Positions 7,197-16,790 of a stretch of DNA of 35,401 nucleotides are shown here, one piece after another. The stretch is from positions 1 to 35,401 of the IMG/VR virus record IMGVR_UViG_3300032253_000023. One strand, given 5' to 3'. Source of the stretch: a virus. Taxonomy: Duplodnaviria; Caudoviricetes. Within the stretch, counting starts at the first letter, position 1, and each line of letters starts with the position of its first letter. Position numbers and translations under genes: made by a program. The notes beneath the pieces are model-generated. The model searched no databases, had not been told where the DNA came from, and saw nothing but the letters and a program-made list of their open reading frames with translations.

Positions 7197-7672
7197 TTTT
7201 CTTTACTCCGATATCGATCATTCTCCGCTCTAAGCCTGTTCATTTCATCATCGTTCATCGATTTAATTGCCTGGTTAATCTCTTTAATACTGTCAATAAC
7301 TTCTACATGCTTTGTCTGTGATGATAGCTCAAACTGCCTCATGCGCTGATCTACGTGTGATTTCCAGTTCTGTTGATCATTCTTAACCTCTTTAAACATC
7401 GCATCTGTGTGTTCAATACTAGGAAATTTACGATCATTTTTTGCGTCTCTATCATCAAGTCCCGCCGTGATAAAATCACGTAAATCAGTTATTTCGGCTT
7501 TTTGAGCGCTCACAGTTACCTCGATATCTTTTTTAAATTGTTTAGTATCAGCAGTTTGCTCCCTAACTTCCTTAGCTAATCCTAAATTTTTATAGATTGC
7601 GATAAACATTCCGCTTATTGCAGTCAACGCAACAACAAATGGAGCCAATAAATCTGAATACTTACCTGGCAT
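7193..7672 (-). CDS. N-terminal TM plus coiled-coil lysis-cassette protein (holin/antiholin-like)
   Basis: Single TM helix; ATGA overlap with the endolysin. Confidence 0.5.
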   Translation of the reverse strand: MPGKYSDLLAPFVVALTAISGMFIAIYKNLGLAKEVREQTADTKQFKKDIEVTVSAQKAEITDLRDFITAGLDDRDAKNDRKFPSIEHTDAMFKEVKNDQQNWKSHVDQRMRQFELSSQTKHVEVIDSIKEINQAIKSMNDDEMNRLRAENDRYRSKEK

Positions 7673-7783
7673 AATAAACCCTTATTCTAAAACTTACTGT
7701 AAATCCCTCCTACATTGCGTTGCTTTATTATTTTTGTGTGCTATTGTTTTCTATAATTACATTATTTATCAGGTTAAATTTCA

Positions 7784-7855
7784 ATGGACTTAACAGCTAT
7801 CGGTATAGGTATTATTATTTATTACCTATTCTCTCTCTATGTCTCCAGGTGGTAG
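7784..7855 (+). CDS. 23-aa hydrophobic peptide MDLTAIGIGIIIYYLFSLYVSRW
   Basis: Translated by hand; AGGT upstream; AT-rich promoter-like DNA at 7720-7757. Confidence 0.35.
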   Translation: MDLTAIGIGIIIYYLFSLYVSRW

Positions 7856-9367
7856 TTCTTCAAGTCTACCGGCTTGCAACAATCCTAATCTTACTAAAGA
7901 TGGCAAAAGATTGTGATTAATCAAATTTAGCTTTCCAGCTTTTTGAATTTCCATTATTTTAATTCCAAGCTTTGCCTTTACTTTTGGCATTTCTAAAATT
8001 GACAAAGCGGTTGTTGCCGCCATTCCAGCAGGGCCAGCCGCAGCCGTGCCAGCACTTATTTTAATCGGCGCGCCAATACCTATAATATCTCTATTCTCAA
8101 TGCGTCCAGCACTTCGCTGTAATGGGTCTTTTAACTTTAAAAGCTTGCCTAATTCTTTGTTTAAATCTTTAACGTCTGTTATTTTTTCAATTGAATCTTT
8201 TGCCGCTCTAGCTACCGACTTTCTTCCTTCGTCCCGACCTATTTGAGACTGTGAAGTTTTTTTGTCAAAGTTTATTTCTTTGTATGCGTCTTTTTTGAGC
8301 GCGTGAACTTCGTTAGGGGTTAGATAATCTTTATTTATATTTTTAAGATGCTCGTCTAGGTTTTTAGCAACCTTATCTATTTGGCTTAGATTCCTGGATC
8401 CTTCTATTTTTGCCCCGCCAAGTTTTTTCCGTGCCTCTTGCATATGAGCAAACAGTGCTTTTTTAGGGATCATTTCCCCTGCTTTCGTAGCTCCGTCAAC
8501 CATTGAATCTATCTTTGCGCTTAAGCCGCTCATAACTCCGTTTAACCTATCGACGCCTGACGATGACGGCATTATTTTATTGTTCAGAGCTGTATTTGCT
8601 AATAATGCCCTTTCCGATTTTGGCATAGTGGTTGAAAATTTAGCCGCACTCTCGTACAACCTGCCAGGCATTGTATTTGGGATTGCTTTTGCCGCGGCAT
8701 ATTTGGCGCCACCACTTATCAGGTTGATAGGTTCAGCCGTCATACCCGCTGTTTTCATGACTTTACCAGCTTTCCCAGCTACTCCAGGGAGCTTTGCCGC
8801 TGCCGCACCTCCGCCAGTTAATACGGTTGCAAAATCTGCTAAGGCGCCTACTGGGTCATCCATTACAGTTTGTTTAAACCTGTCTGTCGTTCCATATCTA
8901 TCTTTTATAAAGTTACCAACTTGGTTTACATATTTTTCATGCTCCCCGGTCTTTCCTGATGTATAAGGATTTTCTCTAACTGGGATTCCGATATCCCTTA
9001 GTGACTGAGAAGCTTTATTACCTAAGTCTTTTACGCTATCTGGCAAGTAATCCAGAAAGGTGTTTTCTATCTTCTCTGAGGCACCTAGCGCAAGATTCCC
9101 GACCGCTTTACCTGTATCAACTGGGTGAATGAACGGCTGTGCCATATCAGTAGCAAATTTTCCAGCACTTGAAGGGATATTGCTTATCATTTCTCCGGTT
9201 GAAAAGTCTACGCTTTTAGGAATTGCAGGTGCTGAATTTTGAACTACATTTGGAGTAGATTGGGCTATTCCTCTTGCTTTAGCTTCCCAATTTACTGGCG
9301 AGTTAGCGTCATCCTCATTTTCAGAAGTTAGCCCCCTTGCTTTAGCTTCCCAATCTATTGATGGCAT
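7826..9367 (-). CDS. DNA ejection / internal virion protein
   Basis: Third large Ala/Gly/Lys-rich helical ORF after the tail nozzle; podovirus synteny. Confidence 0.65.
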   Translation of the reverse strand: MPSIDWEAKARGLTSENEDDANSPVNWEAKARGIAQSTPNVVQNSAPAIPKSVDFSTGEMISNIPSSAGKFATDMAQPFIHPVDTGKAVGNLALGASEKIENTFLDYLPDSVKDLGNKASQSLRDIGIPVRENPYTSGKTGEHEKYVNQVGNFIKDRYGTTDRFKQTVMDDPVGALADFATVLTGGGAAAAKLPGVAGKAGKVMKTAGMTAEPINLISGGAKYAAAKAIPNTMPGRLYESAAKFSTTMPKSERALLANTALNNKIMPSSSGVDRLNGVMSGLSAKIDSMVDGATKAGEMIPKKALFAHMQEARKKLGGAKIEGSRNLSQIDKVAKNLDEHLKNINKDYLTPNEVHALKKDAYKEINFDKKTSQSQIGRDEGRKSVARAAKDSIEKITDVKDLNKELGKLLKLKDPLQRSAGRIENRDIIGIGAPIKISAGTAAAGPAGMAATTALSILEMPKVKAKLGIKIMEIQKAGKLNLINHNLLPSLVRLGLLQAGRLEELPPGDIERE

Positions 9368-10566
9368 TATATATAGCCCTCTTGTTTCAATATCGCTAAA
9401 GTTTGGCTTTCAGAATAGCCCTGTTTCGTTAGCTCATCACCTCTGCTCTGAATTGATGGAACAGAATCAAGCGGGTTTTCTTTTAAGAAAAGTTTAAACG
9501 CTTTATCATTGTCCACTCCTGAAACTGTAGCCGCTTTTGCTCTTGCGTTTAAACGTCTTGTAAGTGAGGTTCTTAATTCAAGTTTAGCTTCAAAATCTTG
9601 CGGTGAATCATCTTCAGAGAAAATACTTCTTTTTATTTCTGCCATTTCCTTCTCACCGCCAGCTACACCAGTCGCCCATTTTCGAAACCTTAAAAACTCC
9701 TGATTTGTGGACGATATGAACTTTGCGCGCCTTGCTTGAAACTTACTCTTAATATCTGGGTTCATTTTATTTAAAAATGTAGCCAATTTACCTTCGCCAG
9801 CCCCGTAATATGTTAAAAATTCAGGCTCATATAAGGACTTTATTTGCGCCATTGAATCCAAAGATTGTTGCCCTGCCAATATGTCTTTAAAAATTGAGGT
9901 CTTTACGCTTTTAGGTGGCGCTAACGCTGGATTTTTCCCGCCCATTTGCATGGTAGTGCCATCAGGTAGCGTCATACTCATGCCATTACCTTTTTTGGAC
10001 TGTAAGAAATCTTGATACCCACCCTTATAGCCCTGCTGTTTAGCGAACTGAAATTCTCTAACAGAGGTCGGATCAGCCGCTTGTTTTGGTGGCGCAAATT
10101 CTTTAGGACTCATTCCAGATTTAAGGCCTTGTTGCTGTCTAAATAGACCGATTTCACGATCATTTTTACCGGCCATTATTCCAGGTGTTTGAAACAAGCT
10201 GCTCTCAGGGTTAAAACTATTCGCGTAATTTTGGCCAGCTTGATACTTTTCACCCTCACGATTCTGCAAAAGGCTCTGATATTCATCCTTTTTTGTATTC
10301 CTATCATTCTGTATTTGCTGCTGATTAATCGCGTTATTTTGATTAAACATGCTCATGCCGTGTTCTTTTTCGCGCATAGCATCCTGTTTTTTCTTGCGTT
10401 CGGCTTCGCCTTTTGCTTGCTGCATTGAAAGGCCGTTCTTCATCCCCCACATGATATCTTCAGCAAGATTTCGCCTTTGCCCACCTTGAGAGTTAGCAAG
10501 TAAGCCCATTCCAAGCCCTGATATAGCAGATTGATTTTTGCCGAACATCGGATCAAATAAGCCCAT
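9367..10566 (-). CDS. DNA ejection / internal virion protein (start MGLFDPM)
   Basis: GLGMGLLA N-terminus, Gln-rich, PTSVREFQFAKQQGYKGGYQDF motif typical of podovirus injection proteins. Confidence 0.7.
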   Translation of the reverse strand: MGLFDPMFGKNQSAISGLGMGLLANSQGGQRRNLAEDIMWGMKNGLSMQQAKGEAERKKKQDAMREKEHGMSMFNQNNAINQQQIQNDRNTKKDEYQSLLQNREGEKYQAGQNYANSFNPESSLFQTPGIMAGKNDREIGLFRQQQGLKSGMSPKEFAPPKQAADPTSVREFQFAKQQGYKGGYQDFLQSKKGNGMSMTLPDGTTMQMGGKNPALAPPKSVKTSIFKDILAGQQSLDSMAQIKSLYEPEFLTYYGAGEGKLATFLNKMNPDIKSKFQARRAKFISSTNQEFLRFRKWATGVAGGEKEMAEIKRSIFSEDDSPQDFEAKLELRTSLTRRLNARAKAATVSGVDNDKAFKLFLKENPLDSVPSIQSRGDELTKQGYSESQTLAILKQEGYI

Positions 10567-10567
10567 T

Positions 10568-12652
10568 TTATCTACTCCCGAAGAATCCAAGTAAACCGCC
10601 ACCAGCCGCGCCCCACGGCCCAAATTGAGAACCAGCCGCCGCACCGCCCAAAGCCCCTAATAGCGGGTTGCCGCCTTGCTGTTGCTGGTTAGGTTGCCCA
10701 CCAATTGCAGCATTATAGTTGTTTATGTTTGTCCATGGCTCATTTGCTTGTCGATAATTTAGATCGTCTGTCATACCGCCTGACTGACCCAATTGCCCTA
10801 ACTCGTTAAAATCATTCTGGGCAAAATTAAACGCTGGCTGAATCGCACCGAGTGAGTTATTGAAATCAGTATTGTAATTGCTGCTAGCACCAGCAGCGCC
10901 ACGAAATTGACGGTCAGCACCTTGATTAAAAATATCACTTGCTTGAGAATTAGCGTTAAAATTAAAGCCCTGCCCAGCGTCAAAAATATTAGAATTAGCG
11001 TTAGCGCCTGCGAATACTCGATCCATTCCAGTGTTGTAGTTATTTGACAATCCACTTGCGCCAATCGCTCGATTATTCACGCTGTTCTGATTAGCTCCAG
11101 ACATGCCAGAAAGCGCCCCGCTTCTGTTGCTAAAATCAGAGTTATAAACATCAGATTGAGCGCCTAGCCCGGCCATTTCTCTATCACGATCCTGATTAAA
11201 TAGGTTGCTTCTACCTTGTGTGACGTTTGATAATGTACCTGTGTCAGTATTGAATTGATCACCAATAATTCCGACACCCTGGTAATCGCTGTTTACATCG
11301 TTTTGAAAGTTATTGCTCGCTAAATTAGCGCCTTGCATATTCCGATCTAAACTTTGGTTGTAATTGGCTCCAAGTCTGTCGGCTCCGATCATCAGTCGAT
11401 TTGTTGCTGAGTCAGAGAATGAACCAAGCGGGTTTAACGACGATACCATACGGTCGCGCTCTTGCTGGTAATTGCCGCCGTAAATGTCATTTGATAGACC
11501 TCCTAAAGCATCACCGAGACCCTCGTTTTGTCTTTCCAATGCTTTTTGGTGCGCTCCAGAGCCATACCTTCCTGACATTGAGAAATTAGAGTTTTTACTA
11601 TCCACGGCGTTAGAATATGCGTCTGTTAATTTCCTTGATGCTCGATCAAATGTCTCATCTAAATAAGGGTTGTTGTTTAGAAACTCGCCACTAGCTGTGC
11701 GTCCGAGTTGGTCGAAAGCGCGATTTCCAGACAACAAAGAATTACTATTTTTATAAAAATCAGTCGATGGGTTGGCGCTGTTAAAATCCGTCGTCATCGC
11801 TTTGTTAGCAAATTGATCAGTAGGGTTCCCACGGTTTATCTGGTCACTTGCTAATCCGTCAATTGGATTGCCGCCAACCCTACCGCTTATGTCATCATAA
11901 CCTTGGTATGCTGGGTTTTCGCCTGAGTACCCGCCAATAGCAAATTTATCAAAACCACCTATAGATGGATTTCTAGAATTTGATAGTTCTCTAAACCCCT
12001 GCCCTGATGGATCGTCAAACTGACCTTGCCCCATAGACTGGTAAAACGGTGAAGATGGATCATCACCACCCAATGTGCCATTTGCAAAGTTTTCAAATGT
12101 GCCAGAAGAAGGGTTATAGTAATTGTAATTTTGGAAAAAATCTTTAGCAGGATCAGCGCCGAATTGATTACCATTTTGAGCCGATTCGTAAAATGAAGAA
12201 GTTGGATTACTTTGACCGTAAAGCCCGTTAAGCTCCGTTTCGGCCTGATCTAACGTTAGGCTACCGTCTTGCACACGCTGCCGTATGCCATCAATATAAG
12301 CCTGTGTATCTTGTGAAAACTCAGGGTTTAAGCTGTCACCGCTATTATAAGCTCCCTGTGCGCCCTGCAACATTTCTTCACGATACCTTAGATATTGATC
12401 ATTAGCCGCTGAGCTCGGGTCTTCTGGGTTTAATAGTCCGCCAACTACACCTTTTTCGCCCCAGCCTTCACCGCCTCCAGGGTTGTAAGCTCCTGCAGTT
12501 ATTCCAATTGTCGCCGCATTTCCGGCGTCGCGGATCTCGTCTTCCAGCCACCCTTTACCGCTACCAGGATTATAAGCGCCAAATGTCGCCAAATTAACCC
12601 CAGCGTTACCAATTGAGCTACCTACGCTTTTCGCACTATCCCAAAGGCTCAT
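10568..12652 (-). CDS. DNA ejection / pilot protein, Asn-Gly-Gln-rich with C-terminal glycine zipper
   Basis: FSMSGRYGSGAHQ motif, internal repeats, GALGGAAAGSQFGPWGAAGGGLLG end. Confidence 0.7.
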   Translation of the reverse strand: MSLWDSAKSVGSSIGNAGVNLATFGAYNPGSGKGWLEDEIRDAGNAATIGITAGAYNPGGGEGWGEKGVVGGLLNPEDPSSAANDQYLRYREEMLQGAQGAYNSGDSLNPEFSQDTQAYIDGIRQRVQDGSLTLDQAETELNGLYGQSNPTSSFYESAQNGNQFGADPAKDFFQNYNYYNPSSGTFENFANGTLGGDDPSSPFYQSMGQGQFDDPSGQGFRELSNSRNPSIGGFDKFAIGGYSGENPAYQGYDDISGRVGGNPIDGLASDQINRGNPTDQFANKAMTTDFNSANPSTDFYKNSNSLLSGNRAFDQLGRTASGEFLNNNPYLDETFDRASRKLTDAYSNAVDSKNSNFSMSGRYGSGAHQKALERQNEGLGDALGGLSNDIYGGNYQQERDRMVSSLNPLGSFSDSATNRLMIGADRLGANYNQSLDRNMQGANLASNNFQNDVNSDYQGVGIIGDQFNTDTGTLSNVTQGRSNLFNQDRDREMAGLGAQSDVYNSDFSNRSGALSGMSGANQNSVNNRAIGASGLSNNYNTGMDRVFAGANANSNIFDAGQGFNFNANSQASDIFNQGADRQFRGAAGASSNYNTDFNNSLGAIQPAFNFAQNDFNELGQLGQSGGMTDDLNYRQANEPWTNINNYNAAIGGQPNQQQQGGNPLLGALGGAAAGSQFGPWGAAGGGLLGFFGSR

Positions 12653-12690
12653 ATTTACGTCCCTTCTGCTATCACAGCAGTAGTTAATGT

Positions 12691-12993
12691 TTAGTCTAAA
12701 TAAATGTAATTAAAATCACGATCCGCACTTACTGCATTTGCGTGTGTAATGATAAATTGACCATCGGTTATATTTGCCGCAAGTATATACCATGTTTCGT
12801 TTGCCGCGTTTAAAGTTAACGGCGTTAAGTAAATTTTTGAGCCGCTATAAATATTTTGATCTGATATTGTTGTCGTTGTCTGATTTGCTGTTAGAGTTAA
12901 TGAGCCTGTATTTTTTACGCTTGCCTTGATTAGCTGATTTATTTTAATTCTTATATTGTCAACCGTTGGCTTAACCCCTATCAGTTTAATCAT
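12691..12993 (-). CDS. Small virion structural protein
   Basis: Beta-rich 100 aa, coupled to the nozzle gene. Confidence 0.55.
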   Translation of the reverse strand: MIKLIGVKPTVDNIRIKINQLIKASVKNTGSLTLTANQTTTTISDQNIYSGSKIYLTPLTLNAANETWYILAANITDGQFIITHANAVSADRDFNYIYLD

Positions 12994-14408
12994 CTTCTAC
13001 CCCTTGCTACAAACTCAACCTTTAAACCTGAAAATCTATCGAAGTCGCTTTGTACTCTGAATTTAAAATATCGTCCAGTTTGTCTTATTTTGCTTCCACC
13101 TGTTTCGGTGACTGTGATGGTATCAATTAGCGTTTTCGTATCATCGTAAGATAGTATGTCAATATCTTCACTTGTTACCCCTTCACCAATTGTGTCAATT
13201 CTTGTAATAGTAGCCCATTGATTAGGCGCTAACTCGTAAAACCCTGTTTGCAAATCTGGCGTTAAAGTCGACGCAACATCAAAAGACCATTTTTTTAAAC
13301 CTTGCGGTGACGAATTACTGCGAGAGATAAAACTTATCGATGCTGGCAAGTTGCTAATACTGGCCTTAGTTGGCACAAGCCACCAATATATTTGATCAGC
13401 ATAGTCGCCCGAATCAGGTATTTCCATCGTAGTAAATTCATCGGTATCAATTTTATAAACCCAATGTGGTTTGGGACTCTGTATATCAGACCAAATTATT
13501 GTATTGTTCATTGGATTATGGGCACCAAATATATCTACGTCAGTTACATTGTGGTCTACCATGTCGCCATATGGCCCTTCTAATTTTCCTACCCCTAATT
13601 TTTTAGAACTCTCGCCGTTGAAGACATAAAACCCCGCTTCAGTTGCGTAATAAATTAGATTATCAACTTTCACTACACCGTACATAAACAGCCTAGATAC
13701 CTTGTGCCAAACCTTTATGTCAACCTGCCATCCTGCTTCACCTCCTATCCTTTGCATAACTGCGATTCCATTAGAAGCGAATATCGTGCAATACTCGCCA
13801 CCAACTACTTTATAAATATCTCCTAACTCAGGATTATCATCATAATCACAAAGGTTCGTGCCTGGCGTCCAACCTGCCGAATCGTTTATAGCAGAGTTCC
13901 ATATTCTGTCTGGATACGAGACACTGCTTTCATATGTATTAGCTAAAATAACAAAATCATCCACGACGCAACATGTCTTTGATTGCGGGGGTGAGCCGCC
14001 TAAGTCAATGTATTGAGCGTTATCAACTGATGAATGTTTAACGTTGTTTAATGCCTGCGTTGCGATTACAGTTTGACCCCATTGGCACATGTCTACGTTT
14101 GTGCTAGATAAGAAACTACCACTTCCTGCAACCATTGTTGATTCTAAAGTATAATAAGAATCTGCCGTAGCACCTGTTACTATTAAATGCAATCTACTAT
14201 TAGAACCGTTTGCCCTATGTGCGTCGAAAGCGCCTAGCAAGAATGTTGCGTCAGCTATTACGCCTTGACCACTTAACCCATAAATCGCCTGAAAGCCCGA
14301 AAAGTCATGATAAACATTCTCAGCAGTTTCCAAAAAACCAGAATTATCTTCAGTCTTGACATTAGAGAAGCTATTAAACGGGATTAGTTTTTTCTGCTTA
14401 TTTTTCAC
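12990..14408 (-). CDS. Tail nozzle / packaged-DNA stabilisation protein (P22 gp10 / tubular B-like)
   Basis: 472 aa, beta-propeller-like composition, directly after the adaptor. Confidence 0.7.
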   Translation of the reverse strand: MKNKQKKLIPFNSFSNVKTEDNSGFLETAENVYHDFSGFQAIYGLSGQGVIADATFLLGAFDAHRANGSNSRLHLIVTGATADSYYTLESTMVAGSGSFLSSTNVDMCQWGQTVIATQALNNVKHSSVDNAQYIDLGGSPPQSKTCCVVDDFVILANTYESSVSYPDRIWNSAINDSAGWTPGTNLCDYDDNPELGDIYKVVGGEYCTIFASNGIAVMQRIGGEAGWQVDIKVWHKVSRLFMYGVVKVDNLIYYATEAGFYVFNGESSKKLGVGKLEGPYGDMVDHNVTDVDIFGAHNPMNNTIIWSDIQSPKPHWVYKIDTDEFTTMEIPDSGDYADQIYWWLVPTKASISNLPASISFISRSNSSPQGLKKWSFDVASTLTPDLQTGFYELAPNQWATITRIDTIGEGVTSEDIDILSYDDTKTLIDTITVTETGGSKIRQTGRYFKFRVQSDFDRFSGLKVEFVARGRR

Positions 14409-15037
14409 TTGCTATACCTAGTATTGGCGCGCAATGGCCCGGGGTATTTTTTCTTTTTATTCTTTTTCTTTATCTTCGCGATAAATATGTCGTACTGCCT
14501 TTCGTATATATCTGAGTCTTCCTGAGAGAATATTGCCGCATGTTTTAAAGCGCCATACAAATAGCAATTTAAAAATATCGGAAAAATTTCGTTAGTGGTA
14601 TTCGTGGTGCCATCAAGTGACGTTAATTTGTTGTATAAAAATTCAGTCTCATAAACTACATCTGAAATGCAATTGAACTGAAGTTGCCCATCAACTACTG
14701 CAGCATAGCGCGGCCTCTGCGCTGTTGATGAGTAGTGAGAACTTAACCCGTCTGGTGTCGTGAATTTAACGGGGTACTTGGATATAGCCCCATTAGCATC
14801 GGTTACGTTGATATGCAGTCTTACCGGACTAGAAAAATACAATGGCAATGATAGCATCTGACTTGTAATTGACGTGTTAGCGGTTGCAATCGCCTGAGTT
14901 TCAACCAAATCAAGATCGGACTTGATTTCTCCCTCTGCCAATTGGATAAATAGCGGAATATCGGCTGTCATAGAACCAATATCTATAAAATTTGCTATCT
15001 CTGTATTTAAGTCTGAATAATTAGCTATTATTGCCAT
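14405..15037 (-). CDS. Head-tail adaptor protein
   Basis: NYSDLNTEIANF...IPLFIQLAE...YLYGALKHAAIF pattern; synteny. Confidence 0.8.
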   Translation of the reverse strand: MAIIANYSDLNTEIANFIDIGSMTADIPLFIQLAEGEIKSDLDLVETQAIATANTSITSQMLSLPLYFSSPVRLHINVTDANGAISKYPVKFTTPDGLSSHYSSTAQRPRYAAVVDGQLQFNCISDVVYETEFLYNKLTSLDGTTNTTNEIFPIFLNCYLYGALKHAAIFSQEDSDIYERQYDIFIAKIKKKNKKKKYPGPLRANTRYSK

Positions 15038-15038
15038 A

Positions 15039-15062
15039 GAAAAAGAGGGCTATTCGCCCCCC
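15039..15062 (-). terminator. Intrinsic terminator after the capsid genes
   Basis: GGGGGC-GAATA-GCCCTC-TTTTT on the minus strand. Confidence 0.7.
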
Positions 15063-15265
15063 TCCTTCGCTTCAGTTTTAGATTTCAAGCTTAATTTCGC
15101 CTTTGGTTTCGGCTCAACTTTAGGCTTTATTTCCTCAACTTTTTCCATCCATATTTTAGAAAAATCACTCTCTGACTTTATAGAGAACACATCGCCTGGA
15201 TATCGGCGAATGCTCCCATAAAAGCCAAAGAAGCCTTTGCGGACTTCTTTAACTCGTACCTTCAT
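15050..15265 (-). CDS. Small basic head-region protein
   Basis: 71 aa, GFYG...RYPGDVF motif often seen after cement genes. Confidence 0.65.
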   Translation of the reverse strand: MKVRVKEVRKGFFGFYGSIRRYPGDVFSIKSESDFSKIWMEKVEEIKPKVEPKPKAKLSLKSKTEAKEGGE

Positions 15266-15274
15266 GGTATCCCC

Positions 15275-15748
15275 TTATGTTATTGCGTAACCATCTGCGA
15301 AAGATACACTTGCATCGATATCGCATTGCTCAACTAAGAATGCCGAAACAGTGATTGTTGGTGTAGTCCCCGTTACGTCATAACGAACACCTAGATACTG
15401 CTCACTTTCTGAAAGCTTAGTTGGTGGCAAAGGAATAGCAAAGCTGAACCCAGCTACAAGCAAATCAGCATCCTGAGCGGGTGCGCCAGGCGTTCCAGAC
15501 TCAAAAACCCTACGTCCCATTAGTTGACGTCCGGTTGTTTGAGCCGCATTTGTTGCGTACTCAACGTCAAAAGTATAGTCTTCATCACCTGTGGTCTGAT
15601 CTGCTGCAACCTCAACAACAAACAAAACTGCCATAGGCGTCCCGTTGCCAATTGATCGATCATTAGATAAATCGATCACGTTTGTACCAACCGCGTCAGC
15701 CGTTACCGCTTGCGAAGCGGAAAATCTTAATTCTGCATCTAATCTCAT
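15275..15748 (-). CDS. Capsid cement protein (Bordetella phage BPP-1 Bbp16-like)
   Basis: MRLDAELRFSASQAVTA...NVIDL...YLGVRY pattern; follows the major capsid gene. Confidence 0.8.
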   Translation of the reverse strand: MRLDAELRFSASQAVTADAVGTNVIDLSNDRSIGNGTPMAVLFVVEVAADQTTGDEDYTFDVEYATNAAQTTGRQLMGRRVFESGTPGAPAQDADLLVAGFSFAIPLPPTKLSESEQYLGVRYDVTGTTPTITVSAFLVEQCDIDASVSFADGYAIT

Positions 15749-15760
15749 TTTATACTCTCC

Positions 15761-16777
15761 TTAAGATACGACCGCTTCAGCTTCAGTCAAAGCGTCAACA
15801 GTACGAACAGGAATTCCAAGGAATTTCAAAGTTTTGATATCCTTGCCGAATTGGTTTAAACCGTCTTCTATGCTTAAAACAGAACTGGTTTTTTCCATTG
15901 CCATCACGGTTAAGTGAGAACATACGGTTCGATTTGCATAAAAAGCAGGTTTAATCCCACTACGTGATGGTAAGCGATGTATAGCCCTGGCCATCAATTT
16001 TGGCAAAAATGTTGAAGCGGTTGTAGCTTGCGAAGTTGAAAGTGAAACCAAATCAGAAATATCAATATTCGGAATACGAACGCCATATCTCCAATCTTTA
16101 ACTACTAAGCCTGTTTTCCACTTCCAATAATCAACATAAGCCATATAGTTATTACCACTGTCGTCTTCTACTTCTTGAATGCCTCGATCGATATGCTCAA
16201 GACCAGCTTTTGACCCCTTAGGGAAAATATTGTGAATTGTATTCTCGCCCCATCCGATCAGCCACATTGAGCTGTTATCAGAGCCAGCACCACCAGCACT
16301 TAAAATGTTTTGGCCGTTAGCGTCCGTAGTAGCTGAATATCGATTAGCAAAGCCCACGAATTCCTCTGGATTAGAGGCAGCACCGTAAAACTCTGTGCTA
16401 CCCATTTCCTGATTCATTGCCTCAAGAAACGCCTTACCTTCATTCATTCGGTAGTTTTTAACATCGCCGTTAATTTCCGCGATTTCAGTATCTACCTGTG
16501 AACGAGCAACTAAACCACCGCAATTTTCAGTGATTTGAGCCGATGTCGATTTACTGTTTGGCGTACCTGCATTCATCATGCGCCAGTAAGCCGTTGGTAA
16601 TCCCGTTCGGATGTTTACCAACTCACCGTTAGATTGATTCCCTTCTTTATAAAGAGCATCTTCAAGTATTTCATTAGTCTGTGAAAGTAACTCGACGGTT
16701 TTACCCATCTTCCCCTTAGGGTCTCGTTCTTTCGCCCAGTCTGCTAGCGTTTTTACACCACCACCTATTGTAGCCAT
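15761..16777 (-). CDS. Major capsid protein (BPP-1-like)
   Basis: TLADWAK...ELLSQTNEILED...RTGLP...DWRYGVRIPNID...GIPVRTVDAL. Confidence 0.92.
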   Translation of the reverse strand: MATIGGGVKTLADWAKERDPKGKMGKTVELLSQTNEILEDALYKEGNQSNGELVNIRTGLPTAYWRMMNAGTPNSKSTSAQITENCGGLVARSQVDTEIAEINGDVKNYRMNEGKAFLEAMNQEMGSTEFYGAASNPEEFVGFANRYSATTDANGQNILSAGGAGSDNSSMWLIGWGENTIHNIFPKGSKAGLEHIDRGIQEVEDDSGNNYMAYVDYWKWKTGLVVKDWRYGVRIPNIDISDLVSLSTSQATTASTFLPKLMARAIHRLPSRSGIKPAFYANRTVCSHLTVMAMEKTSSVLSIEDGLNQFGKDIKTLKFLGIPVRTVDALTEAEAVVS

Positions 16778-16790
16778 AATATTTTACACC

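Noticed and set aside
7720-7920. 66-aa plus-strand ORF from the track
   Set aside because: TTG start lies within promoter-like DNA with no RBS; the ATG-initiated 23-aa ORF in another frame is more plausible
15275-16777. Diversity-generating retroelement expected from the BPP-1-like capsid
   Set aside because: No reverse transcriptase and no TR/VR repeat pair seen in this window
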